Below, in pieces: positions 12,604 through 25,265 of a DNA stretch of 64,000 nt. Position numbers and translations under genes: made by a program. How positions within the stretch are numbered: position 1 is the first letter of the stretch; the number at the start of each line of letters is the position of its first letter. The DNA lies in NCBI RefSeq assembly GCF_006345805.1, contig NC_043011.1, positions 39,320,464-39,384,463 of the forward strand, in the 5' to 3' direction. The notes under the pieces are model-generated. The model ran no database searches. It was not told the DNA's origin and saw only the letters and a list, made by a program, of their open reading frames with translations. The DNA is from Octopus sinensis (taxonomy: Eukaryota).

Positions 12604-13454
12604 GTCGTTGGTATCAACAATGTATGAAAGCCTTCACCACTACCATCATCATCATTACCTGCCAACATTATCATTGTCGCCACCACCATCATCATTACCC
12701 CCACCACCACCACCATACCATTATCATCATCACCATTATCATGATGATCATCATAACTGAACTTTAGTCATCAACTTAGCAGAGTTATTAGAGTACTGAT
12801 TATAATGTCTTGTGGTGTTTGTTCTAATGCTCTGTGCTCCAGGTTCAAATCCTGCCAAACTTAAGTTTGCCTTTCATTATTCAAGAGTCAGTAAAAATGT
12901 ACCTGTCAAGGTAGGTGGGTTGCTGGAATTCTTTAAAGGATGGCAGAAGTGCCTCGTAGTATCTGTTTTGGTTCCTGGCATTCTGATGGCAATTCTTGCA
13001 GTTTGGCTCTAACACCAAGCTATGTTAGCCAAACTTGGTAGCCTTTCCTTTGGACAAACACCAATGGTGGGAGAGAGAGGAGACTTGTATGGATGGGCAA
13101 CTGTTAAGCTTCCGTTAATAAAAAATTTCACTCACCCCTACCCATACATGTGCAGGGGTAAGGCCAGCTTTAACCAACAAGTTCTCAGCTTCTTACTATA
13201 TTTCAAAAATTTGACAAGTCAGTCAGTCACCGTCTGACACTCACTGACGATATATCGAAGAGGCCAGGGAGAGAAGAAAGAAGACATGGACCCAACATCA
13301 GAGCTGAAGACACCGCCGAAAGGTGGGGCCCCACCATGTCAAAACGGTAGAGGAGTTGGGGCCGAAACCTGACGTGGTTCCTCCTGATGATGTCTTGAGC
13401 TAACTGGATCCTATAAAGGAGCTGTTGTGGTAGCAGACCACGAAACACGGTTGT

Positions 13455-13910
13455 AATTCCTCCTATTTCATGCACGAAGCTTTGGTGAAACTAAGGTCAT
13501 TGTAGAAGACATGTGGCTCAATTCCAACTGACCCTACTTCCTGTATTTTTGCACAAAGTTTTGGTCAAGCTGGTGGGGGGATTCTAGAAGACTGTTCAGT
13601 CCCAACTGACACCACCCACTGCATTTTGTGTACAAAGTCTGTCAAACTCAGCCATTGTAGAGAATACTTGGTTCAATTCCAGCTGATCCCCTTCCTATAT
13701 TTCCTACACAAAGCTTTTGTCAAACTGAGGCCATTGTAGAAGCCAGGTGGCTCACTTCTAATTGACACACCCTCTTATATTTCATGCACAAAGCTGTGGT
13801 CAAACCGAGGTCATTGTAGAAGTCTCAATTCCAACTGACCACCACTTCTATATTTCCTACATAGAGATTTGGTTGAACTGAGGCTGTAGTAGAAGACTAG
13901 ATTCTTGGTT
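13455..13910. repeat. ~78-bp tandem repeat x6, apparently derived from a SINE-A segment
   Basis: Units anchored at cac(a)aagcttt at 13473, 13552, 13631, 13707, 13787, 13860. The unit resembles cacaaggctttggtcggcccgaggctatagtagaagac of SINE A. Confidence 0.75.
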
Positions 13911-13934
13911 CAGTTGTCACTCATTGAAATTTAA

Positions 13935-14625
13935 CTCGGAATCATAATGGTCTCTTACACCTATCCCACAATATCATTCTAAAAATAAACAATCACATCA
14001 AAATTTCAAAGCTACGAAATAATAATATATGATTAGTGTAAAAATATTGTGAATAAATAAGGAATTTTGATGCTAAAGGGTCAACCCATTAGCATTTAAA
14101 CCTACCATATCTAACCCGATTATTCTACTTGTTTTATGGCGGCCTAACTGGCCATATCTGGTCAAAACCTACCCTACAATATTATTCTAACACTAACAAT
14201 CACATCATTGAAATCTCTAAGCTGAAATGTGATAGAGCAATTTGAATCAACCCTTTAGGGTTTTAATCCTTAAGTGTTTAAACCTGCCATATCTAGTCCA
14301 GATATTCTACCTCTTCTATGTTCTATGTTAATTTGTAGAATGATATTGTAGGATTGGTTTGAAAGGCCAGATCCAGCCAGTTTGAGCAGGTAGGGTATTC
14401 TGGCTGGATGTGGCCAGTTTAAATGCCAAAGGGATTAAACCTGCTATATCTGGCCCAATTATTCTGCCTGTTTTATGTCGTAACCAGCCAGATCTGGCCT
14501 CTCATACTTATCCTACAATCGCATCATTAAAATCTCGAAGCCACAAGATTATTCGGGATTAATATAAAAACATGATTGAATAAGCATCACATTTGACCAA
14601 GTAATCTGAATACTAAAGGGTTGTT
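13935..14625. mobile_element. Cluster of 4 or more TTAA-type MITE copies joined end to end
   Basis: Junctions such as gatgctaaaggg|tcaa|cccattagcatt. One unit (14275-14455) is internally palindromic. Confidence 0.65.
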
Positions 14626-15366
14626 ATACGCAGGATAAAGCTAAATCTATGAACAGAAAATATTCTGTACTGTGATTTATTAAATCATGGTATAAATTAG
14701 GGGTGCATCTTATACACAAATAAAGGCATTTTCTGTACCCCTGGTAGGTTGAAAGACGAAGTCACCAAACCCCGTCTTGCTCGATAATTTGAACTCACCC
14801 CATTGAGGGGTGGAATTACATTCTTGTAATACCTATAAACCTAACACTGTAATGTATCTTCCCACAAGGGCCCTTGCTCTGTGTTAATTAGTGTTATAAT
14901 ATTCTAACTGTTAATTAGTATAATTATTCGCATTTATCATATTTCATTTGAAAACATTGAAGTGCAGTTAAGTAGCCGTTGACATGTTTAACCCCTCTGT
15001 GGCTATATTTCTAATTAAACGCTCTGTCTACATGTGTTTTTAATTAATGATGAAAAATAACGAAGAACTTGGAGTGATTTAATGAAATGACTTTGTTTTA
15101 TTTATTTATTTTTTACTTTTTACCATTGTTTCAATTGATGCTTCGAATATGGCATTACTTAACTTTAAAGATTATTTATTAGAAGCATGGCTGTGTTATT
15201 AAGAGGCTTGTTTTGTAACCACCTGGTTTCAGAGTCAGTCCCACTCCACGGCACCCTGAGCAAGTGTCTTCTATTTTAGCCCCAGACCGACAAATGCTTT
15301 GCAAGTCAATTTGTTGGATCAAAACTGTGTGGAAACCCATTATATATATATATATATATATATATA

Positions 15367-15515
15367 CACCAGAGTAAGCACATAAATGTGAAACAAGGTG
15401 GGAAAAATAGTACTCAAATACCAGAGGTAGAGTAATATGCTTTATTTAAAAGCAGCAGAAATATAACAAAAGCTGTTACTCAGACGTTCAGGTTCCCATT
15501 CGTCTGACAGTTTTG
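15367..15515 (-). mobile_element. (TA)n-flanked Penelope-like repeat fragment with a mutated hammerhead motif (15473-15510)
   Basis: Same family as 57975-58220. Minus strand ctgtCAGACGA...GAAc..gagTAacag. Confidence 0.5.
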
Positions 15516-15548
15516 ATAAAAAAAGAATATATATATATATATATATAT

Positions 15549-15915
15549 TGGTTGTGTGATAAGTAGCTTGCTTACCAACCACATGGTTCTGGGCTCATTC
15601 CCACTATGTGACACCTTGGGCAAGTGTCTTCTACTATAGCCTCGGGCTGACCAAAGCCTTGTGAGTGGATTTGGTAGACGGAAACTGAAAGAAACTCATC
15701 GTATATATGTTTGTGTGTCTGTGTTTGTCACCCCAACATCGCTTGACAACCGATGCTGGTGTGTTTGTTTACGTCTCCATAACTTAGCGGTTCGGCAAAA
15801 GAGACCGATAGAATAAGTACTAGGCTTACAAAGAATAAGTCCTGGGGTCGATTTGCTCAACTAAAGGCGGTGCTCCAGCATGGCCACAGTGAAAATGACT
15901 GTAACAAGTAAAAGA
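15549..15915 (+). mobile_element. SINE family A
   Basis: Full head-core-tail; a further head-only copy lies at 15183-15340. Confidence 0.9.
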
Positions 15916-15974
15916 ATTCACTAGCACTTATTAGTTTCACTTCACATGCTCTCATTTCTCTTTTTGCAAAAAGC

Positions 15975-16185
15975 TGTTTATCTTCTCATTGACATCGAAT
16001 GTCCTTTGGCACTCCAAGATTCAGCAGTATGGAAGATTATTGTAAGGCTTCTTGTAGTCTGTCCACCTAACTGCTAAATTCTTCTTGTTTGTAGTTCATC
16101 TAATAACCTACAGTCAAAATACACCACTTCCCCTTCCTGTTTTACCATGTCCCTTTTGCTCCTCTTGTAACTGATTTTCCTTTTC
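15975..16185 (-). mobile_element. R4/Dong reverse-transcriptase fragment
   Basis: Translation ..KKNLAVRWTDYKKPYNNLPYC*ILECQRTFDVNEK resembles RT motif KNL.MAWIDYKKAYD.VPHSWILECL. Confidence 0.6.
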
Positions 16186-16296
16186 CCGAAAATGAAACAC
16201 TTCATTGTCCTTGAAGCCAGTTGGTAATTTCCAAATTAACGGTAAGCACGTAATAGATCTATAATTACTGACTTACTGCCCCCTGGTCTTCCCAGT

Positions 16297-16900
16297 GAGT
16301 TGGCAGAATTATTAGCATGCCAGGCAAGATGCTTAGCATTTCAGCCATCTCTATGTTCTAAGTTCAAATTCTTCAGATTCCACTCGTCATTCTTTCAGGA
16401 TCAATAAAATAAGCACCAGTTGAACACTGGGGCTTCGATGTAATCTACTAGTCTCCTCCTCAAGAATTTTGGGCCTTATACCTATTGTAGAATGGATAAT
16501 TATTATTATTATTTTTATTATTATTAGGGTGGTGAGCTAGCAGTATTGTTAGCACACTGGGCAAAACACTTAGTGGTATATATCCCGTTTCTATTTTCTG
16601 GGTTCAGATTCTACCAAAGTCAACTTTGTCTTTCATCATTTTGGGGTCAATAAAATAAGCACTGGGGTCAACGTAATCAACCAGTCCCTACCCCTAAAAT
16701 TTCAGGCTCTATGCCTATAGTAGGAAAGATTATTATGCATCGGGACATTTCGTATGGCATTACATTCTGAGGTTGACTTTGCCATTCATGTATACGGGGT
16801 CAAGAAAATAAGTACCAGTTGACCCCTGGGGTTGATGTAATCGACTTACACCTGCCCTCCAAAATTGCTGGCGCTGTGCCAAAATTTGAAACCATTATTA
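16297..16900 (+). mobile_element. Three tandem SINE family C copies linked by (ATT)n
   Basis: Three successive gagttcaaatt...tttcatc.tt..ggggtcaataaaataag..ccag cores, each ending in ATT repeats. Confidence 0.8.
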
Positions 16901-18174
16901 TTATTATTTGTTACTATTTTTTTTTAAATACTCACCTAATTTACATAATTACTCCTGATTAGTTATTTTCCTAATCAGTAAATTAATTTTTCCAATGTCT
17001 ATTGCAGTGCTTGGGACATAAACAATATTCTTTGTTTTTTTCTGCTTTTTTTTTTTCATTTATTTTGGTGGAGGGTCAGGATCTATTAAAGGAAAAAAGG
17101 TTCCAGGAACATTCACAGTGTATATGACCGTGTCTGCTTAAAAAGACATGCCTCTATGCAAATTTTCAGCTGGCTTAGTGCAACCCTCTGGCCTTACAGC
17201 TTCTACCATACAACCACACACGTGTATGGTGTGTGTGTATATATATATATTTTACTCATTCATGCATGCATATTATATAGTATACACATACTTTTGTAAA
17301 TATACACACATGCACACATAAATATGAGAGAAGGCGAGGATGCACGTATGTGTGTGAGAATGATGGGAGTGGAGAATGGCGATGGAAGCATTTCTATGCC
17401 ATTCTTTGATCAATCATGTCGAATTTATTCTTCACCAAAACCTCAAATCTTCTCACCTAATCAATAACAGTTAGTGTATAAAAAAAAATCATATTCTTTT
17501 ATATATTTTTCTTCTCTTTTAGTTTTATTTATTAATGTTTTTTTTTTTTTTTGGTTCCGCCAACAATTTTGTATCTAATTTGTAATAATTCCTGCTTCCA
17601 GCCCAAAACCTAGCCTGATTCTTGGCAACAATTTTTAGCTTTTTTTTCTTTTCTTTCTGTTTATCCGGCCCCCTCCCCACTTCATCTTGGTGTGTTTTTT
17701 TTTTTTTTTTGCCTTCTAATTTTCACATTTCTATGTTAGTCATTCTTTTGTTTCTCCTAAATTTTTTTCATCCGTTTTTTTTTAAATCTTTTTTTTGTGC
17801 GTCTGTTGTTTCCTTTTCACCCTTATCTTATTTTAGTTTTTTTTTTTTTTTCTTTTGCTATTTTGGTTCCGCATCATTCCATGTGTGTGTGTGTGTGAGA
17901 CTGGGTTGGAAAAGATTTTGTATTTTCCTATCCTTCTCTGGGTCAAGGGCAAGAGAGTCAATAGGTTGTCTGGGGCACTCGCAACTGCATGGTTACCTGC
18001 AACAATGAGTGAAAGCATGGCGCATGTTACCAAATCATACTTGCTTAGGAGTAAAGAAGGTTTCGGTTATATGTGTGTATTTGTACATGTATGTGTTTGT
18101 GTGCGTATATACAGTGTGTGTGTGTATATATATGTGTGTGTGTATATATATATATGTATTTGTATACATTGTTT

Positions 18175-18520
18175 TTGTTTCAGTCACTTGGCCGTGGCCA
18201 CGCTGGAGCACCACTGATTAGTTTCAGTTGAGCAAATCCACCCTAGTACTTATTCTATTGATCTCTTTTGCTGAACTGCTAAGTTATGAGGACATAAGCA
18301 CAGCAACACCAGTTGTCAAGCGCTGGTGTGGTTCAAACACAGACACAAGGACACATACGTGTATATACTTGACAGGCTTCTTTCAGTTTCCGTCTACCAA
18401 ATTCACCAACAAGGCTTTTGGTTAGCCTGCGGCTGTGCTGGAAGACACTTGCCCAAGGTGTCACACGGGGACTGAACCCGGAACCATATGTTTGGGAAGC
18501 ATGCGTCTTGCCACACTGCT
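18175..18520 (-). mobile_element. SINE family A
   Basis: Reverse-complement full copy. Confidence 0.85.
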
Positions 18521-18531
18521 ATACTTATTTA

Positions 18532-18748
18532 TACAAGGGTGTTCTGGGAAGTTCCTCGCTTTGGATAAAAGAAAATACAGGAGATTTAATTATGATTTTG
18601 TTCAACAAATTCCCCTCTCAGATTCACACACTTATTGCAGTGGTCCTTCAGTTTTACTAAGCCCTGTAAAAGAACTCAGAAGGTTTGGCCTCCAACCAGG
18701 CCTTTTACAACACCCTTAAAGCCAGGAACTTTTCAGCACCCTCTCCTA
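18532..18748. mobile_element. Tc1/mariner-type MITE
   Basis: TA-bounded imperfect TIRs caagggtgttctgggaagttcct.gcttt / aaagccaggaacttttcagcaccct. Confidence 0.7.
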
Positions 18749-19120
18749 TATATTGTATTTGTATGTTTTGTTTTTTTTTTTTTTTTCTTTTTTCCCCAAA
18801 AAGAAAGTCTGAAAAAATTTACTCTTGCTTCTATATGCTCATTTGAGTTTCCTCACAAGCAAATTTTACACCAATGCTCATTGCTATCAGCTAATTTTAA
18901 TCCAGACGATCTCTTCTACTTAACCTCATTTCATAATATGTTCTGCTGTACTGCTAAATTACTTTTTTATGTACAGTAACGTTCCCTCTTATAGCTAAAC
19001 TACTTTTGTAATGTTTTGTAATGAACTACTAGAATACTTTAGATATTACATGCTTCAGTGTACTCTTAATTCCTTTTTCATCTGATTATGTGTGTATATG
19101 TAACACACACACACACACAT

Positions 19121-19156
<36 letters not shown>

Positions 19157-19232
19157 CTCGTGTGTGTGTATATATATATATATATACATATACTCGTGTG
19201 TGTATATATATATATATATATACACATATACT

Positions 19233-19276
<44 letters not shown>

Positions 19277-19634
19277 TAATAATAAGGGTTTTTTGCAACA
19301 AGTTGCTTAAACCACATACCAAAAATATTAGAAATAGCAGCCAAAGGACTACTATTTCCTTTTACTACAAAAATAAGTCTCCACAGACAACAATATTTGT
19401 AACTCACATATGGCAAAAAAAGAAGCAAAACAACGGAATCACACAGTCTTTGGATTAATTATGGACGTACGTTTCTGGATTAGAATCATAAGGTTCATTT
19501 CCTTATCAACATAATATTTCCCATAAATCTAGAAATGCTAGGAAAACTTACCCCTTATATTTCCGACCAAGCGTCATCGAAAGATACAAAAGTCAACCAT
19601 ATATATATATATATACATACACACATATATATAT

Positions 19635-19678
<44 letters not shown>

Positions 19679-19944
19679 TCGTATATATATATTTTCATTG
19701 TTTTCTTCCAAGGAATCTAATGCTCTTAGCTTAGTTTTTCCTTGGGGCTGGCCAAATTGGAGCAATCTCCAGAATAATCAGCCAACATTGTGAGGATAAT
19801 CTGGTGCTTGACCAAGGAAAGAAAACTTTGAATGACCCGTCCTTGTTTTCTTTGTATCGTCTATCTGGATGTTTTGTTGTCCCTCTTTGTATCACCTAGC
19901 TGTCCGGATGTTTTGCGTTCTTGTCCCATTTTGTATTTTTTAGA

Positions 19945-19997
<53 letters not shown>

Positions 19998-20264
19998 CAT
20001 TCATTTATTCATCTGCCCACTTACAACCTGAGCTACCAGAGGGTAGATGTGATTTTTAGAGCCGTTTGGCGTCTATTTCTAGCGTGCTGGTGGGGTTTAT
20101 CCACAGACTTTAATACAATTGTATATTAGTATAAATTGTTACCACAGACTTTAATACAATTGTATATTAGTATAAATTGTTACCTGTATGGTTTTATTAC
20201 ATGCTAGCCACTTGGTAAAATCGTTAAAATGGTTTTATCCTTCCTTTTGTACATGTATATTCTT

Positions 20265-20795
<531 letters not shown>

Positions 20796-20908
20796 TACAT
20801 TGTCTATATTAATTTTATGCATAGACATTAGCAATTCACTAAATCATTCATAGATTCTTATGAGGAAAACATACTGATAGGGAATTGAGTCCAGAATCTG
20901 CCGAAGTT

Positions 20909-20972
20909 GAGCCAGTCCTTACTGATGAGGCAATGGAAATTGCCAGAACTGATGTCAGTGTAAGGAATTCTC
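20909..20972 (+). ncRNA. Degenerate type I hammerhead ribozyme motif
   Basis: cctta-CTGATGA-ggcaat(ggaa)attgcc-a-GAA-ctga(tg)tcag-TG-taagg. Stems I, II and III pair, but one core A is missing and the cleavage base is G. Confidence 0.45.
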
Positions 20973-21004
20973 GATCAGTGTTTACAGACAATTATAGTCC
21001 CTGC

Positions 21005-21200
21005 CAGTATATGTGTGTGTTTGTTCCCCCACGTCACTTGACAACCGATGCGGGTGTGTTTACGTCCCCTAGCGGTTTGGCAAAAGGGACCGATAGAATA
21101 AGTACTAGGCTTACAGATAATAAGTCCTGGGGTCGATTTGCTCGACTAAAGGTGGTGCTCCAGCATGGCCGCAGTCAAATGACTGAAACAAGTAAAAGAG
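21005..21200 (+). mobile_element. SINE family A 3' half
   Basis: cttgacaaccgatgcgggtgtgtttacgtcccc...gactgaaacaagtaaaagag; inverted relative to 20265-20450. Confidence 0.9.
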
Positions 21201-21373
21201 TATTTGTCTGCTTATTAGTGAAATGTCATTAAGTTGTTCTTGGAATTAAATGGGCTTTGATTTACCGTCAGGTGACTTTTGGCCAACCCTATATTTTTTT
21301 TTTTTTTCAGCTGCCCATGATGGACATTGTTATATGTAATGTATTTATAGTCTCCTTTTATTTTCATTTCCAG

Positions 21374-21589
21374 ATGATGAAATTCGCATGGGATAATTAC
21401 GCGAAATACGCATGGGGTGCTAACGAGCTGCGGCCAATCTCGAAACGGAGCCACAGCGCCGGCATCTTCGGCTCACTTTCTCTCGGTGCCACCATTGTCG
21501 ATGGCCTGGACACTCTCTATCTGATGGGGCTTCATGAGGATTACAAAAAAGGCAGGGACTGGATTGCAACGTCGTTCACCTTTGATGGC
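21374..21589 (+). CDS. MAN1A: Internal coding exon of class I Golgi mannosyl-oligosaccharide alpha-1,2-mannosidase (GH47), start of catalytic domain
   Basis: 216 nt, phase 0/0, ttttcatttccag acceptor and GTGAGT donor. Encodes MMKFAWDNYAKYAWGANELRPISKRSHSAGIFGSLSLGATIVDGLDTLYLMGLHEDYKKGRDWIATSFTFDG, matching the MMKHAW..Y.WG.NELKP...GATIVDALDTL motif of MAN1A1/MAN1A2. Confidence 0.96.
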
Positions 21590-21939
21590 GTGAGTTTCAT
21601 TCTTCATTTATTTTAATCTTTGTTTCTCACTTTCACCCTCTTCCTCCTCCTCCTCCTCCTCTCTCCATCATCCTCCAAGTTCTTTCCGGAACAACAGCTG
21701 TCATCAACCGCAGTGGTCGCTTCAAACAAGCTTACAAGTGCTTGATTTCCCCAAATCTTCCTTTGAAAAGGCCTCAAATTCTGAATCGCTGATGTAAAAA
21801 TATAGAAAAAAAATCTCCCAAAATTCGGAGTGCTCAGTTATCAAGTGAAACACTGTCAGATACTGTAACTTGGCTATTTACAAAGTGAAATCATGTGTTT
21901 TCATGAATGTTCTAATGAGATTTCTGCTGAAATTCACAT

Positions 21940-22042
21940 TTAAATATCAACGGGTTCGCTCAGCCAGCTTCGACCAGGCTGGTTGTTTGAATCAAAAAAT
22001 TTTTCGCGCAGCTGTGGCTGAGTTGGTAATGAAAGGGGTTAA
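21940..22042 (-). mobile_element. piggyBac-type element end (TTAACCCCTTTCATTACCAAC)
   Basis: gttggtaatgaaaggggTTAA is the reverse complement of the left end of the 32886 element. Confidence 0.5.
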
Positions 22043-23629
22043 ACAGTAATTTACAACCGTAACTGTCATACTAGCGGTTTTGGTTAATTTCCAGTCTTCC
22101 ATGAAAAATATATCTGGCTGTAGGGGGATATCTTGCTTAGAATCAGGTGGGTGTTGGCAACAGGAAGAGCACCCCATTTTCGAAAATCTGCTCCAACAAA
22201 TTCTGTGTGTGCCATGCAGGCATGGTAAAGTGCACATTAACTGATGGAAATGATGCTGATGATGAAGTGATATACTGGAAGTTAAAAAAATTAATTTTAA
22301 AAAATGAGAAGTCATGAACTGGTGCATGGTTAGAGGGACATTTGACTGTTATTTCTAGCAGCTGAGCAATCCACGTAATGGAGTGCGTTATTGACTGGTC
22401 ACTTGGTGCTAACACTAGTGCTGTACCAATGTGCAAAGCTGCTTTTACTTGAAAATTATTTTTCCATATTTAAATAGATTTTGAAATTTTTTTTTTCTTT
22501 TATTCAGGTTTTTTTTTTTACCTTTGAAACAAAATTTTTTGAAACAAAATTTCTATTACAAATTCTATATTTCGTATTTTATAATTTATTCCATCTTTAT
22601 TACACTCCCACCTACCTGTCTACTTCCCCCTTCCGCTTCTTCCTTCTCCTCCTCTTCTCCTTTTTTTTGTTGGGGATAGGATGTTGGGCAGTTTTGGCGG
22701 TGGGAGTCGTGGGTGGATTTCTTTTTGTTAACTTGATAAAAAATTCCATAATTTGTCTGTAATGGTTGTTTTGATGTTCTGCTGAGTTTAAGCGGCAGTG
22801 GAGCTGGTGTGGGGGTGGGGTCTTGCTATGTGTGAGTTTGTGTGTGTGTGTGTGTGTGTGATGGGGAGGCACATTTGAAGGTGTTCAGGTTCTTTCAGAG
22901 TTTTTGTTGTTTTTTTTCCTCAATAGAGAAAGGCTGACAAGGAGGAAGAGATGAGATAAGATAGTAGTAGTGGTGGTGGTGGTGGCAATATGTGTGGGCG
23001 GGGCGGTGGTTTAAGGTGGCGTGGTGGGGGGGGGGGGCGGGAACTGGGATTTAATGAAATATTAAAATGGCCCTTCAATCAGGTCTTAGAAGAAAATGGT
23101 TTCTCCCCAATCAACCTGTCCCCATGATCTTCAGTTGCTAATTCAGTTATTCTTGATTGCTTTCAACACAAGACACTCTCTCTCTCTCACACTTTCCCTC
23201 CTTTCTCATTCCCTCTCTTTTCACTCCCTTCTCTCTCTCTTTCCCTTCCTCCTTTCTCTTTCCTTTCTCTCTCTTCTCTCCATTTCTCTTTTATCTTTCT
23301 TCTTCTACTCCCCCCACCAGTCTCTCACTGAAAGGCAGCACACCTCCTCCCATCTTTCATCACAATATAACTTGCAAATTACCTTGTCATTTACAATTTA
23401 ACCTTTTTCTTCTTCACAAATACCCTTCTTTTTTTATATTTCGTGTATGTTTGTATAAAATTGTGTGTGTATGTATGCGTGTGTGATTGAATGTCTAGGC
23501 ACAGGTGTCCAGGTGTGTGAGGAACAGGATGTGTGCATGCATGTGTATATCTGTGGAATGGTATGTACCTATGTGACAGCATTTATCTGTGTGAGATAAA
23601 AAGCATATATTTATATGTATGTGTGTGTA

Positions 23630-23785
23630 GAGTCGCAATGGCTTAGTGGTTAGGGCAGCGGACTCACAGTTGTAGGATCGCAATTTTGATTCCCAGACCG
23701 AGCATTGTGAATGTTTATAGAACGAAAACACCTAAAAGCTCCGGCAGGGGGTGGTGGTGATCCCTGCTGTACTCTTTCGCTGTAG
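23630..23785 (+). mobile_element. SINE family H 5' part (tRNA-like head)
   Basis: tggcttagtggttagggcagcggactc...gattcccagaccg...cacctaaaagctcc; same as the head of 29773-30137. Confidence 0.75.
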
Positions 23786-23789
23786 TCTG

Positions 23790-24781
23790 TGATTTTGTCA
23801 TGGACAGGAGCAAAGAGCCAACGTGAAATTTTATGTTAAACTCGGGAAGTCTGTCACAAAGACATTGAGCATTCTTTGAAATGCATGCCATGATGGGGCA
23901 ATGTGATGTACTCGATGGTTCAAGGGGTACAGGCAGTTGAAAAGCAAAAGAACATCCCTTGAAGACAATGAGCAATCTGGAAGACCTGCCATGAGTGTCA
24001 CTCCCAGGAATGTGGTATTGTGCATCGGGAATCCATCCTCCTGGGCCAGGCTGTCTATTGAGTTCTACTGCGACATTTTGAAGTGATTGAGGGACCGGCT
24101 CCTGTGCACGTGACACGTAAAAACACCATTTGAGCATGGCCATTGCCAGTACTGACTGGCCCTCGTGCCGGTAGCAAGTAAAAGCACCCACTATACTCTG
24201 AGTTGTTGGTATTAGGAAGGGCGTCCAGCTGTAGAAACTCTGCCAGATCAAGATTGGAGCCTGGTGCAGCCATCTGGCTCACCAGTCCCGTCAAGCTGTC
24301 CAACCCATGCCAGTATGGAAAACGGATGTTAAACGATGATGATGATGATGAAGATGATGAGGGAGGACATTCATCGAAAACGACCAAATCTGTGAAGCTC
24401 AAAGAATTAGATTCTTCATTGAGCTCCCCTCACTTGTGAGTTTATTGCCAAAAACAACATGGTATTACTTCCACAGCCACCCAGTAAACCAGCTTTTAGC
24501 AGCTGCAGACTGGGGGAGGGAACTTCCATCTCTTCTCCAAGAGGATTATGTAACTGAAAGGTTGCCATTTTAACACCATTGTCGAAATCCAGAGCAAATT
24601 GCAGACTGTCCTCGACTCGCTTTCAGAAAGCTACTTGCAGGTCAAATTCAAAAAGTGGCAGGAACGCTGGGATCAGTGTATTGCTGTGCAAGGTGACTAT
24701 TTCAAAGGAGATGATGTTAAAGCTTAGGTAAATAAGTTATTAAACATAACTAATCTGGGAACCTTTTGATGCCACCTTGTA
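23790..24781 (+). mobile_element. Internally deleted mariner (DD34D) transposase relic, interrupted by an RTE 3' UTR
   Basis: EQRANVKFYVKLGKS...LEDNEQSGRP; EDIHRKRPNL...; ..KWQERWDQCIAVQGDYFKGD; 3' TIR gggaaccttttgatgccaccttg followed by TA. Confidence 0.8.
24095..24357 (+). mobile_element. RTE 3' UTR retroposon with 7-bp TSD (tgaggga)
   Basis: (GAT)n tail; tgaggga at 24088-24094 and 24358-24364. Confidence 0.8.
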
Positions 24782-25234
24782 GTTATATAAAATCTTTATT
24801 TGACCATTAGCTCTTTGTTAGTTTCAGTCTTTGGATTGAGGGCTGAGACATTGCCTAGATGGGTACAGTTGGATGAATCGATTCCAGTACTTATACTTAT
24901 TTTATCAGTTACTTTTTGCTGAGCTGCCAAGTTGTGAGAACATAAACAAACCTACACACATGTGAGACACGACAGGCTTATTTCAGTTTCTGTATACCAA
25001 ATCCACTCGCAAAGCTTTTCTTGTCCTTTTCTGCCTGTCTTGCGCAGTTACTTGTTGACCTCGCCAGTGCTGGCGGCACATAATAGGCACCCAGCACACA
25101 CTGCCAAGTGGTTGGCATAAGGAAAGGCATCTAGCTGTAGAAACCATACCGAAGCAGATACTGGGGCCCAATATAGTGCTCTAGCTCATTGATTCTCATT
25201 GAAACATCCAACCCATGCTAAATGATGATGACAG

Positions 25235-25265
<31 letters not shown>

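Noticed and set aside
20885-21000. Peptide EAMEIARTD resembling the GAEIARTC motif of MAN1A
   Set aside because: It is in the wrong order relative to the true exons and lacks splice sites. The DNA is better explained as a hammerhead-like repeat followed by a SINE.
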